A stretch of DNA of 64,000 bases from Octopus vulgaris (GCA_951406725.2 OX597814.1:76570001-76634000); one strand, 5' to 3'; shown: positions 52,676 to 64,000, counted from the stretch's first letter. Program-made: numbers and translations. Notes: generated from the sequence alone by a model not told the origin.

Positions 52676-55665
52676 ATCATCATCATCATCATCATTTAAC
52701 GTCCGCTTTCCATGCTAGCATGGGTTGGACGGTTCAACTGGGGTCTGGGGAGCCCGAAAGCTGCACCAGTCCAGTCAGATCTGGCAGTGTTTCTACAGCT
52801 GGATGCCCTTCCTAACGCCAACCACTCCGAGAGTGTAGTGGGTGATTTTATGTGCCACCGACACAGGTGCCAGACGAGGCTGGCAAACGGCCATGCTCGG
52901 ATGGTGTTTTTTTATGTGGCACCGACACAGGTGCCAGACGAGGCTGGCAGACGGCCACGCTCGGATGGTGTTTTTATGTGCCACCGACACAGGTGCCAGA
53001 TGAGGCTGGCAAACGGCCACGATCGGATGGTGTTTGTTACGTGCCCAGAGCACGGAGGCCAGTCGATGAGGTACTGGCTACGGCCACATTCGGATGGTTT
53101 TCTTGTGTGCCACGTGCCACCGGCACTGGTACCACAAAGATACAAATTCCATTGATGTTCATCTATTTTGATTTGTTTTGATTTGATTTGATTTTCACTT
53201 GCCTCAACAGGTCTTCACAAGTGTCACAAGAAGGAAGGTATGCACAGGTGGACTGACTACGTCCCAGGTAGGGGCCACAGGTTATGGCCCGACTAGTCTT
53301 GCCGGGTCTTCGGATGGTGTTTTTATGTGCCACCGACACAGGTGCCAGATGAGGCTGGCGAACGGCCACGATCGGATGGTGTTTGTTACGTGCCCACAGC
53401 ACGGAGGCCAGTCGGTGCGGTACTGGCTACGGCCACGTTCGGATGGTTTTCTTGCGTGCCACTGGCACTGGTACCACAAGATACAATTCCATTAATGTTC
53501 ATCTATTTTGATTTGTTTTGATTTGATTTGATTTGATTTGTTTTGATTTCATTTTGATTTTCACTTGCCTCAACAGGCCTTCACAAGTATCACAAGGAGG
53601 AAGGTATGCACAGGTGGACTGACTACGTCCCAGGTAGGGGCCATGGGATATGGCCTGACTAGTCTTGCCGGGTCTTCGGATGGTGTTTTTATGTGCCACC
53701 GACACAGGTGCTAGATGAGGCTGGCGAACGGCCACGATCGGATGGTGTTTGTTATGTGCCCACAGCACGATGGCCAGTCGATGCGGTACTGACTACGGCC
53801 ACGTTCGGATGGTTTTCTTGTGTGCCACAGGCACTGGCACCACAAAGATACAAATTCCATTGATGTTCATCTATTTTGATTTGATTTGATTTGATTTTCA
53901 CTTGCCTCAACAGGTCTTCACAAGTGTCACAAGAAGGAAGGTATGCACAGGTGGACTGACTAGTCTTGCCGGGTCTTCGGAAGGTGTTTTTATGTGCCAC
54001 CGACACAGGTGCCAGATGAGGCTGGCGAACGGCCATGACCGGATGGTGTTTGTTACGTGCCCACAGCACGGAGGCCGGTCGATGCGGAACTGGCTACGGC
54101 CACATTCGGATGGTTCTCTTGTGTGCCACCGGCACTGGTACCACAAAGATACAGATTCCATTGATGTTCATCTATTTTGATTTATTTTGATTTTGATTTT
54201 CACTTGCCTCAACAGGTCTTCACAAGTGTCACAAGAAGGAAGGTATGCACAGGTGGACTGACTACGTCCCAGGTAGGGGCCATGGGTTATGGCCTGACTA
54301 GTCTTGCCGGGTCTTCGGATGGTGTTTTTATGTGCCACCATGTTCCCACAGCACGGAGGCCAGTCGATGCGGTACTAGCTACGGCCACGTTCGGATGGTT
54401 TTCTTGTGTGCCACAGGCACTGGTACCACAAAGATACAAATTCCATTGATGTTCATCTATTTTGATTGATTTTCACTTGCCTCAGCAGGTCTTCACAAGT
54501 GTCACAAGAAGGGAGGTATGCACAGGTGGATCGACTACGTCCCAGGTAGGGGCCACGGGATATGGCCTGACTAGTCCTGCCGGGTCCTCTCATGCACAGC
54601 ACACTTCCATAGGACTCGGTCTTCAGTCATTTCCTTGGTGAGACCTAAAGTTCGAAGGTCGTGCTTCACCACCTCGTCCCAGGTTTTCCTGGGTCTACCT
54701 CTTCCACAGGTTCCCTCAACTGCTAGGGTGTAGCACTTTTGCACACAACTATCTTCAGCCATTCTCGTCACATGACCATACCAGCGCAGCCGTCTCTCTT
54801 GCACACCACAACTGACACTTCATAGGTTCAACTTTTCTCTCAAAGTACTTACACTCTGACGATTATGAACACTGACATTACACATCCATCGGAGCATACT
54901 GGCTTCATTTCTTGCAAGCTTACGCATATCCTCAGCAGTCACGGCCCATGTTTCACTACCATGTAGCATGGCTGTGCGTACACACGCATCATATAGTCTG
55001 CCTTTTACTCTTAGCGAGAGGCCTTTTGTCACCAGCAGGGGTAAGAGCTCTCTAAACTTTGCCCAGGCTATTCTTACTCTAGCAGTTACACTTTCAGCAC
55101 ACCCACCCCCGCTACTGACTTGGTCTCCTAGGTAGCGGAAGCTATCAACTACTTCTAGTTTGTCTCCCTGGAACGTGGTAGAAGTTGGTCTCTGCACATT
55201 TCCAGTGTTTATTGCTCCTGAGCATCTGCCACAGACAAAAACTATTTTCTTAGTTAGCCTTCCTTTGACATTGCTGCACCTCTTATGTGTCCATAGCTTA
55301 CACTTGGTGCACCTTATAGAGTTTCTACCTACACCTTTTTTACAGATCGAGCAGGGCCATCTACCTGAAGTCGTTTGTGATTGGTCCACCTTCCTACTTA
55401 TTAGGACTTTGGTTTTGGCTAGGTTGATTCTAAGGCCCTTCGATTCTAATCCTTGTTTCCACACCTGAAACTTCTCCTCCAGTTCTGATAGTGACTCAGC
55501 AATTAGAGCAAGGTCATCAGCATAGAGGAGCTCCCAGGGGCATCCTGTCTTGAATTCCTCCGTTATTGCCTGGAGGACTATGATAAATAGGAGGGGACTG
55601 AGGACTGAACCTTGGTGGACCCCAACCTCTACCCGGAATTCTTCACTGTACTCGTTGCCAATCAA
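52676..55665 (-). mobile_element. 5'-truncated RTE LINE with amplified 3' UTR
   Basis: 281-aa open RT/PHD segment (54820-55665), stop at 54571, repeated 3' UTR blocks, (GAT)n tail. Confidence 0.95.
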
Positions 55666-56692
55666 GGATTAAATTTGTTTTGAAGAGATTTATTTCAATT
55701 TATCAATTTTATCACTACAGCATAATTCTGGTTAAAGCACATCATATAACCCCTCATTACTTTTATATTTTTGGAATTTTCAGAAAAATCTTGGAATTTT
55801 GTGTTACACACGAGAATTCATACGATTATGAAAAAAAATCTTTTAAAAAATTTTTTAAATTCTCTTTTTGAAAATTTTTGAGAGAGTCTCTATGTTTTTT
55901 GGTCAAAGTACCTGACCATACTAAACAAACTTTAACTGCGCTGATACAAAGATGGATTTTACCTAGGACTCACATAGTTAGTGATGGCTGGTGAGCATAT
56001 AATAACATCGGTATCCTGAATGATGGTGCCTACACGCACAAGGTGATTATACACCAACAAAATTTGGTAAATTTCGATACTTTCACCCGCACAATTTTCA
56101 CTTAAAAAAAAAAAAAGCTTGGATTTTTTGCATGACCTCCTAATATGCTGCAAACCTCTTATTTTTGTTCGGAAAAAAGATGGGGTTGGAAACCGGACCC
56201 CCTCCCCCATTCCATATTCATTGGAAATTGTTTTGTTTTTTTAATGAATTATAGTGAACTCCTAATATGCCACAAAACCCTTTTTTGGTCTGGAAAATAG
56301 AGTAGGGTGGAAACCTTGGAAATTTCACCCTCACCCCCTTGGGAAGTACACCCACACGATTTTCACTAAGAAAGAAAAAAAACTTGCAAGCACTGGCATC
56401 AGTGATGGCATGTAAAAAGCACCATTTGAGCGTGGTCGATGCCAGTCCCACCTGACTGGCCCCCATGCTGGTGACACTTAAAAAGCACTCTCAGAGTGGT
56501 TGGCATTAGGAAGGGCATCTAGCTGTAGAAACCTTGCCAGAACAGATTGGAGCCTGATGCAGCCTCCTGGCTTGCTAGACCTCAGTCAAACCGTCCAACC
56601 CATGCCAGCATGGAAAGCAGACGTTAAACGATGATGATAATATAATATATTGCTATACCATTGAAAGTTTAGATAAACTTCGTCACTCACTC

Positions 56693-56780
56693 ACTTTTTC
56701 TTTCTGTCCCCACCCAAAAACGAAACGCATTAGTTAACTTTTTCTTTCTGTCCCCACCCAAAAACGAAACGCATTAGTTA
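56693..56780. repeat. Perfect 44-bp tandem duplication
   Basis: ACTTTTTCTTTCTGTCCCCACCCAAAAACGAAACGCATTAGTTA twice. Confidence 0.95.
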
Positions 56781-56885
56781 CCCAATTTCGGCACCAAAAA
56801 CTGCAATGGGAAAGTGCTTTAGTTTTTCAAATCTATTCTGCAATCTAGGATTATTATGTTATATCCAGTGATTTTAAGAGGCATG

Positions 56886-57651
56886 GGATTTTTTCCTTTT
56901 GAACGGCACTTTGTAACATAATTTTTAGGTAACTAAAAAGTTTTAAACTTCGTATACTGGTAGAATGTGTTTATAAAACATCATTTTCTCTTGGCTTTAT
57001 AGAGAAAATTCTATATGTTGTAACATATTTCGTCTTTAATTTTGAGCATTTCAGCAATTTTAACCAATTGCTGACCTCCATTTAGGTAAATAACATTCTG
57101 TGCACAATGAATATGTCCCTCCTTTAAGAAACAGATTGGGTTTATTTACATTTCTGAAGAAAAAAGATACCCTTCCCCAACCCCTAAATCTGAAATAGAT
57201 TGAAATGCAATAGATCGATACTAGGGCCATAATTATAGGTGACATTTTCATTTGACACCGCTAGAAAAAAATCCCATTTTCCATAGCGGTGTCGTATGAA
57301 ATTGTCACCCATAATTATAACCCTAGTATCTATTCAATCTATTTTAGATTTAGGGTTAGGGTGGGGGAAGGGTATCTTTTTTCTTCACAAATGTAAATAA
57401 ACCCAATCTGTTTCTCAAAGGAGTGACATATTCATTATGCACAGAATGTTATTTACCTAAATGGAGGTCAGCAATTGGTTAAAATTGCCGAAATGCTCGA
57501 GATTAAAGACGAAATATGTTACAACATATAGAATTTTCTCAATAAAGCCAAGAAAAAATTATGTTTTATAAACACATTAGTATACGAAGTTTAAAAGTGC
57601 TTAGTTAACTAGAAATTGTGTTGAAAAGTGCCGTTCAAAAGGAAAAGATCC
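56886..57651. mobile_element. 766-bp almost fully palindromic MITE, Merlin-like
   Basis: 8-bp TSD GAGGCATG (56878-56885, 57652-57659); GGAT termini; arms of about 375 bp around a short loop near 57265-57282. GG termini with an 8-bp TSD fit Merlin. Confidence 0.88.
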
Positions 57652-58250
57652 GAGGCATGAAAAAGATATTTTGTTTTAATATTATACTTTTACTCGTTTC
57701 ACACATATACACAAACTCTAAACGTGTGATATTTAGATGAATTTTGTATCAGTCTTTATCTCTCCACAGACTTCGTTACCACTAACTTCTATAACCTCTG
57801 CATTTTCACTTATGTATTTTCAGACTTGTTTAAATTTTCAATCTAATGTAATCCACACTCTGTCAAAAACGTATTTCTGCAAAATGTTATCTAAAGAAAC
57901 AGCAAAAGATATTTGAAAATGGGGGAGGGTGAAATTTCCAAGGGTTCCACTCCACCCCACCCCGTTTTCCGGACCAAAAAAGGGGTTTGTGACATATTAG
58001 GTCACCAGTAATATTGTAAACATTAACCGTTGCTGCTTTTACTACTTATCTCCCCTTAATTTTTGTTTACTTTTTTGATATAACCATACTGAACAATTAC
58101 CATCGTATGAATTCTCTTGTGTAGAGCAAAAAAAAAAATCACAATTTTCTGAAAATTCCAAATAATATCAAAGTTATGAAGGGTTGTATAGGCTGTTCAA
58201 ATCAGAATTCATCGTTTTTTTTTGGGTTTTTTTACATTTGCTTTTGTATT

Positions 58251-58423
58251 CAGGAGATCGTATGCTGAAACAAAAACAATTGCAGCATGGAAGGTGTTTA
58301 TAAGCCATTTAAAACAATTTTGACAAATTAAATTTAAATGTTGAAGTGAATCTTGTGTGTTTTTAAATGGCTTATAAACCTTCCACGCAGCAATTACTTT
58401 TGTATTCAGTTCTGGAATACTTG
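58251..58423. mobile_element. Small hairpin MITE near the exon 1 donor
   Basis: TGGAAGGTGTTTATAAGCCATTTAAAA pairs with TTTTAAATGGCTTATAAACCTTCCA. Confidence 0.7.
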
Positions 58424-58575
58424 ATATAGTAATGACAAGGCGAAAAATACACCTTTCATCACACGAGTATACTTTCAGAAAGTTTATTTTACAATTTGTA
58501 TTAGTTTGAATGAAGAGAAATTTTTAAACAGTACAAATTATATTAGATAACAAATTTTATAAAAATACAACAAAC

Positions 58576-58986
58576 CGGTTTTATTTGATTATTTTTGGTA
58601 TTTCTTTGAGAAGAATTGTTCTTATTTGTTGCTGAATTAGAATTATAATCTCTCTGTCTGTCATTCTTATAAGGCCGCGATTGGTAATGTGGAGAGTTAT
58701 ATGGTCTCTGGCGATGTTTATACCTTCCGTCCTTGATAGCGTAATTAGGATTAGAGAATGACTGTGCTGTGGGGGTGAACTCTCGGTGGCTATATATACC
58801 AGATGAAGCTTCATATGACTGAGGCAATGGTGGTTGTTGATATGGTTGGTGGTAGAATTGCGGCCAAAATTGTGACTCCGGAGGATTGTAATTACTATTT
58901 TGTGTTGCTGGTGTCGTGTTGTGCCAAGGAGTAAAGTTAGGTTGGTAAAATGCCGGCTGTGACCATACATTATAAGGATTCTGCAT
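58576..58986 (-). CDS. NUFIP1: NUFIP1 coding exon 1 (Pro/Gln/Tyr/Asn-rich N-terminus, MQNPYNVWSQP...NNQIKP)
   Basis: ATG at 58986; 411 nt open; phase-0 donor CCG|GTTTGT joins exon 2 in frame; promoter-like motifs just upstream. Low-complexity sequence, so assignment rests on position and phase. Confidence 0.8.
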
Positions 58987-59039
58987 TCTGTTGAATAGAA
59001 CTAGTACTTTATTTCCACGAGCGTCAACGTTACTCTCTG

Positions 59040-59125
59040 TGATGCGCAATAAGCGTGTCAATTAATATCAAATTAATAGCAACATGTGCGTCTTAAAACC
59101 GGAAGTCATGAGTTGCGTCCCTTAC
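59040..59125. promoter_or_regulatory. Probable NUFIP1 proximal promoter with ETS/GABP-type site
   Basis: CCGGAAGT at 59099-59106, TTGCGTCCCTT next to it, local CpG retention, about 115 bp upstream of the ATG. Confidence 0.55.
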
Positions 59126-59294
59126 AATTAAGTTAAAGTTTTCTTTCCTAATTAAAATCTAATTCTAAAATACTTAATTTAAAATGTTAATAATTATTGG
59201 TGCCCCAGCATGGCCGCGGCCTTCGGGCTAAAACATTTTTAAGGATTTCAGGATTATATATATATATTTGAGGATCTTTGGTTTTTTGGTACAT

Positions 59295-59520
59295 GAGCTG
59301 GCAGAAACGTTAGCACGCCGGGCGAAATGCTTAGCGGTATTTCGTCTGCGTTACGTTGTGAGTTCAAATTCCGCCGAGGTCGACTTTGCCTTTCATCCTT
59401 TCGGGGTCGATAAATTAAGTACCAGTTACGCACTGGGGTCGATGTAATCGACTTAGTACCTATGTCTGTCCTTGTTTTTCCCCTCTGTGTTTAGCCCCTA
59501 GTGGGTAATAAAGAAATAGG
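59295..59520 (+). mobile_element. Well-preserved Meta-type SINE upstream of NUFIP1
   Basis: Intact B box and core; flanked by GGTACAT at 59288-59294 and 59519-59525 (candidate TSD). Confidence 0.9.
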
Positions 59521-60189
59521 TACATATATCCGTGGGACTTATAACACCAATATTTTAATATATGTCACTGTAAATAAATACAGTAATTTGAAGGAAAGAA
59601 AATAATCGAGTAAGCGAAATGAATAAGTAAATGCATAAAAGTTACTTATTGGCATTCCTTCGATATAACTCGAAAAAACTAAACATTTGACTTCGGGTAT
59701 TTCCGTGCCAAATGACAGTTGCCGAATTGGGAGAAGAAAGCTAATTGGTTGTGTGTGCGTGCCTGTTCTGTTTTTATGTATTTATAGGTTGTGGAATATA
59801 GATTATGCCAGCAATGTCTCATTTTAAACTTGAAAAAAACCTTGCATATTTGTTATAACTGCTTCATGTGTGTAAGTAAACTCCGCAAATTACCATGCAG
59901 AAAACAGAATCGAAGTTTGCATCGCAAATATCAGAAAACGAGAATGCCATATCAATTATACTAGTCCATGTTTTTTTTTTTTTTTTGTTTTTTTTTAACT
60001 TATAATGAGGAGAAAAAGAGGGACTATACAATGCATTTTATGAATTTCATAAAAAAAACATTCTTGAAGTTTAAATTAGTCAGTATTATACTGCCAAACG
60101 CATTTATGAAATTCATAAAAGCATTGTCTCTGTTGTATCGTTGCCAACTAAACTCGAACAGATACGTTGAGAATACGGCCTCTGATACA

Positions 60190-62090
60190 TAAACTTCGAT
60201 TATAGATACAAAGTGATCCAGACATCCAAGTTTACTAAGTATTTTCCATAGCAAGGCCCTATTCACAGTATCAAAGGCCTTTAAATCAATGAATACCTGG
60301 ACAAGATCCATATTCTGCTCATAGCACTTCTGCATCTGTCTTGCTGTGAAAATCATATCCATTGTCCCTCTACCAAATTGGAAGCCACATTGAGATTCAG
60401 ATAGTACATCATTTACGAGACACCCATTCAGGCAGGTAAGAAGAACATTTGCCAGAAGCTGGTAGCAATACCTCTGTAGTTACCACACATTGTTCTGGCT
60501 CCTTTTCCTTTATAGAGAGAAAGAATAATTGCATCCTTCCAGTCCTTTGGCATTACACCATTCCTCCAGACTGCATTAATAAGTTCATGAAGGGACTGTA
60601 TGATGTAATCACCACCAAATCGCAAGACCTCAGCACAAAGTCCATCCTTTCTAGATGCCCTACCAAGATTCAATTTACTTATTAATGTCATTACCTCATC
60701 TAATGAGGTCATGGAATTTAAGGAACCACTGATAGGTTTTTGTTGCATAGTATCAATCACTGTTTCATCCACAACTGACTCATGGTTTAGGAGTTCGGAG
60801 AAGTGTTCAATCCAGCGCCCTGTGATTTCTGTTGATTTAGTAATTAGAGTAGAAGACTCCTTGGAAAGTAAAGGAGCTGATGTGTAGTTCTTAGGCCCAT
60901 AAACTTGCTTCATAAGATGGTAAAGCTTCTTGCTATTTGCATCAGCAGCAGCCTGAACATTATGAGCAAGATCCTTCCACTAAGTGTTCTGCTTCCCCTT
61001 CCAAAAAAAAGTGTATCCTCAAGTTGACCATCACCTTCTAGACGAGTCTCTGAAAGTGCAGCTATATCACTGTTATAGTGGTTCAGCTCATGAGCAACAA
61101 GTGCAGTGCATCTTTCAGGCCTACAATCAGTCTTGTTATCCAACAGAGTGTGCACATTCCAACATGAAATGTTCAAGTTCCATCCAGATTTTGTAAATAA
61201 AAGTCTTTGTTTTTCGAGCACAGGGTTGACATCCATCAGTCGTGCTAAACTGACCAGATATAGAAAGACAGGCAATTTTTGGGTCACCTTTTCTAGAACC
61301 TCCCCAGCCTCTAGGTGAGCAATGCCCTCTCCAAATGGAGCTGCTCAGACACCCATGCAGCAACCGAATCCTACCACTGTCTTGGGTGACAGGGAGATGA
61401 CTTTATATCTAGCATGGGCCGCCTACATGCAGGTTGCTCACTACATTCTTCCAACCCGTCAGGTCTGCATGCTTCACCACCTTCCCATCACTGCAGGACT
61501 TCCAAATAAAAATAAAATAAATATATACTAAAAATAAAGATAGATGTATACTGAAAATAAAATAAATATATAGAGAGCAGCACATATCGAGCAGAAGTCA
61601 GCAATGCCTGTCCAGAGTTTTAAGTCCAATAAGGCTTGCACAACACCTCATACATACTCTCCACTTTATTGACATTATCCAGAGACAAGCCAGAGCAAGA
61701 TGTCTGGTGCCAATATGTGTCACAGGCTCAGAGATGTTTGAGTGCCATGATCTCTAGCACAAACCAAAGATACCCAAAATGTCCAATGCCATACCCTGCA
61801 TATCAGAGTGACCTTCTCCTAGAGACATGCTTCAACAGAAGCTGAAGGGTGCTTCACTCCCAAGGTCTTTCAGCATGCAGGACACCATCCCAGAATAGCT
61901 GTTGAGCCTGCACTAGGTTCATCCAACCTTTCAACAGGTCTTGTTTTTAATCCTGCTGGGTTTTTAGCAATCCTCCTCACCAGGGTAGCCTGGTGGGGGT
62001 GCTGATTTAGTCGCCAACAACCCGACCATGCAACAGGTTGTACTGGATTCCATGTTACCTGTAGCACTTATGAGAGCCTCATAAGTGACC
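60190..62090 (-). mobile_element. RTE (BovB-like) LINE with long 5' leader, internally deleted and 3'-truncated
   Basis: WNVHTLLD..RPERCTALVAHEL..IAALSETRL (APE N-terminus), PKDWKDAII..YKGKG..CGNYRGI, DMIFTARQMQ..AFDTVNR. Confidence 0.9.
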
Positions 62091-62124
62091 TGACATACAT
62101 ACATACATATATTCATACATACAT

Positions 62125-63070
62125 GGGATTACATCATAGAGCATAGGGAGGTAGTACCATGACAATATTTCAGGACAGCTGCTAACTACATGCATGGCAT
62201 CTTCCACAGAAACATGATGTAGCCTACACGTGTGGCTGCACCTTGGGATTACAAGTGCATCACTGTCTCTCTTGTTCACTAGATACTTTGTGGCTATCTC
62301 CTGTTCCTGGATTGCAAATGCATAGCCTTCAAAGTGTGATGTGATGTAGTGGTCTTGTGTCCAAGAGAGGCTGCACTTTGTGTCAATTCTACTGTCTTCT
62401 TCAAGCTTCCGGGCAACATACCCATGCATAGTTTTTTTTTTCTTTTGTATGTTGTCACAGTACTACATTGTGGCACAATGTTGTTGCTAAAACAATTTAC
62501 AATGCCATCCACAAAAAAGACTGTCCTGAAACAAGCTTAGAAAATCCCTCTGTTATGGAATACATTCATGAACACCAACTTAAGGAATACTGGTGGAATA
62601 TTCCCATCAAAGCTTCTGTCAAATGTAAACATAACAGGCCAGATATTGTTTGGGACAGAGGGGCCAAGGCATGTACCATCATAGAGATCAGCTACTCTGC
62701 AGATATAAATATCTCTTTGAAAATCAAAGGAAAAGAGGATATCTATGGACAACTGCTTCAAAACCTCCAGCTTTTATATCCAGACTATGAATTCATATTC
62801 ATATCAATAATAATTAGAGCACTAGGTTTTGTTAGTAAATGCTTAAAGGAGGATCTAGATAAACTAAGATTTTCAGAAAGAGAAATTGACCGACTGATTC
62901 ATACATCACAAGTGCAACCTGTGAGTGAAACAGTAAAAATATGCAAGACTTTTCTCAAGTTACAAATGTGAATTTGTCTGTGTTAACTACATTCCGAAGA
63001 TGGAGCCTTATATATTTGTTGGAAACTGGCTCCCTCCTCAGTGGAAGATTTATAATAATTTGAAAATAGA
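62125..63070. mobile_element. R4-like LINE 3' part with inverted 5' segment, in (CATA)n
   Basis: Minus 62125-62460: MHGY, AIQEQEI, CCHC remnant. Plus 62461-62971: HNVVAK, HNRPDIV endonuclease; (CATA)n on both sides. Confidence 0.88.
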
Positions 63071-63249
63071 TACATACATACATACATACATAATGACCAA
63101 TTTGTTAATAATAAATAATTGTTATCTTCCTAATCTCAAATTTCTTTTCTCCTTTTAACTGGATATAAACTACATGCTTAATATATATCTATTGTTTTAA
63201 GGGAATTTCATTCCCCACCAATACTAGATTTTTGAACCTGTATGGTGAA

Positions 63250-63580
63250 GGCACATGGCTCAGTGGTTAGAGCGTCAAGCTTACGATCGTGAGGTTGTGG
63301 GTTTGATTCCCTGACCAGGCTGCGTGTTGTGTTCTTGAGCGAGACACTTTATTTCATGTTGCTCCAATTAACTCAGCTGTAGAAATGAGTTGTGATATCA
63401 CTGGTGCCATGCTATATTGGCCTTTGCCGTTCCCTTGGATAACATTGGTGGTGTGGAGAGGGGAGGATGGTATGCATGGGCAACTGCTGGCCTTCCACAA
63501 ACAACTTTGCCCAGACTTGTGCCTCAGAGAGTAACTTTCTAGGTGCAATCCCATGGTCATTCATGACCAAAGTGGGTCTC
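63250..63580 (+). mobile_element. tRNA-derived CORE-type SINE
   Basis: A box TGGCTCAGTGG, B box GGTTTGATTCC, then GTGTTCTTGAGCGAGACACTT core-like segment. Confidence 0.8.
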
Positions 63581-63582
63581 TT

Positions 63583-63765
63583 AGCCAGTGGAGATTTTGG
63601 TCTACCTTGTCATGTCTACACTTGTACTCTTTCTGCGCAAGACTTTCATAAGCACTAACAATGTGAGTCACACTTTCGACCCTCTTCCCACACATTCTGC
63701 AGAGGCCCATTGCACTTGTGTGACACATATTCTTTTTCACTGAGCTGGTATCCAATTACTTGTGT
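63583..63765 (-). mobile_element. R4/Dong zinc-knuckle fragment
   Basis: CRMCGKRVESVTHIVSA..LAQKEYKCRHDKV..LHW. Confidence 0.85.
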
Positions 63766-63767
63766 GG

Positions 63768-63770
<3 letters not shown>

Positions 63771-63820
<50 letters not shown>

Positions 63821-63827
63821 TGTTATA

Positions 63828-63920
<93 letters not shown>

Positions 63921-63958
63921 ATTATTATTATTATTATCATTATTATTATTATTATTAT
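63771..63958. repeat. (AAT)n followed by (ATT)n, a self-complementary microsatellite
   Basis: Directly visible polarity switch near 63820. Confidence 0.95.
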
Positions 63959-64000
63959 CCATCATATACACTCAACAAATTAGATTGTTGGAAAAGAAAA

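Noticed and set aside
52712-54449. Overlapping ORFs with repeated peptides, superficially array- or CRISPR-like
   Set aside because: Tandem subrepeats of the RTE 3' UTR; no unique spacers, no cas genes, eukaryotic context.
24930-58575. Intronic snoRNAs in NUFIP1
   Set aside because: No convincing C/D box pair with terminal stem seen; ATGATGA hits are RTE (GAT)n tails. An Infernal scan would be needed to exclude them.
59530-60180. Divergent head-to-head gene on the plus strand
   Set aside because: No convincing exon or recognisable protein found.
63250-63325. tRNA gene
   Set aside because: A and B boxes are present but it continues into a SINE body and lacks a clean acceptor stem.

Overview
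Eukaryotic, AT-rich, repeat-dense genomic DNA. The SINE and LINE families suggest a coleoid cephalopod, probably Octopus (inference). The only host gene found is a 10-coding-exon NUFIP1 orthologue on the minus strand (CDS 58986 to 24834, 1188 nt, 395 aa, all GT-AG, phases consistent), reconstructed by hand. Most of its exons are not recovered as such in the ORF track. The rest is decayed mobile DNA: about nine R4/Dong-type LINE pieces, mostly embedded in (AAT)n; five RTE-clade LINE copies; a Gypsy (Mag/K02A2.6-like) LTR element; an L1/Tx1-like ORF1; a mariner remnant; TTAA piggyBac-type MITEs; a Merlin-like foldback MITE; many tRNA-derived SINEs; and microsatellites. Best leads: (1) a ~230-nt 5' leader with compensatory base changes and a predicted pseudoknot, shared by an R4/Dong and an RTE element; (2) a 5'-inverted R4-like element sitting in (CATA)n; (3) a PHD finger inside the RTE reverse transcriptase; (4) long inverted repeats in NUFIP1 introns. 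Repeat boundaries are approximate; exon boundaries were counted to the base.
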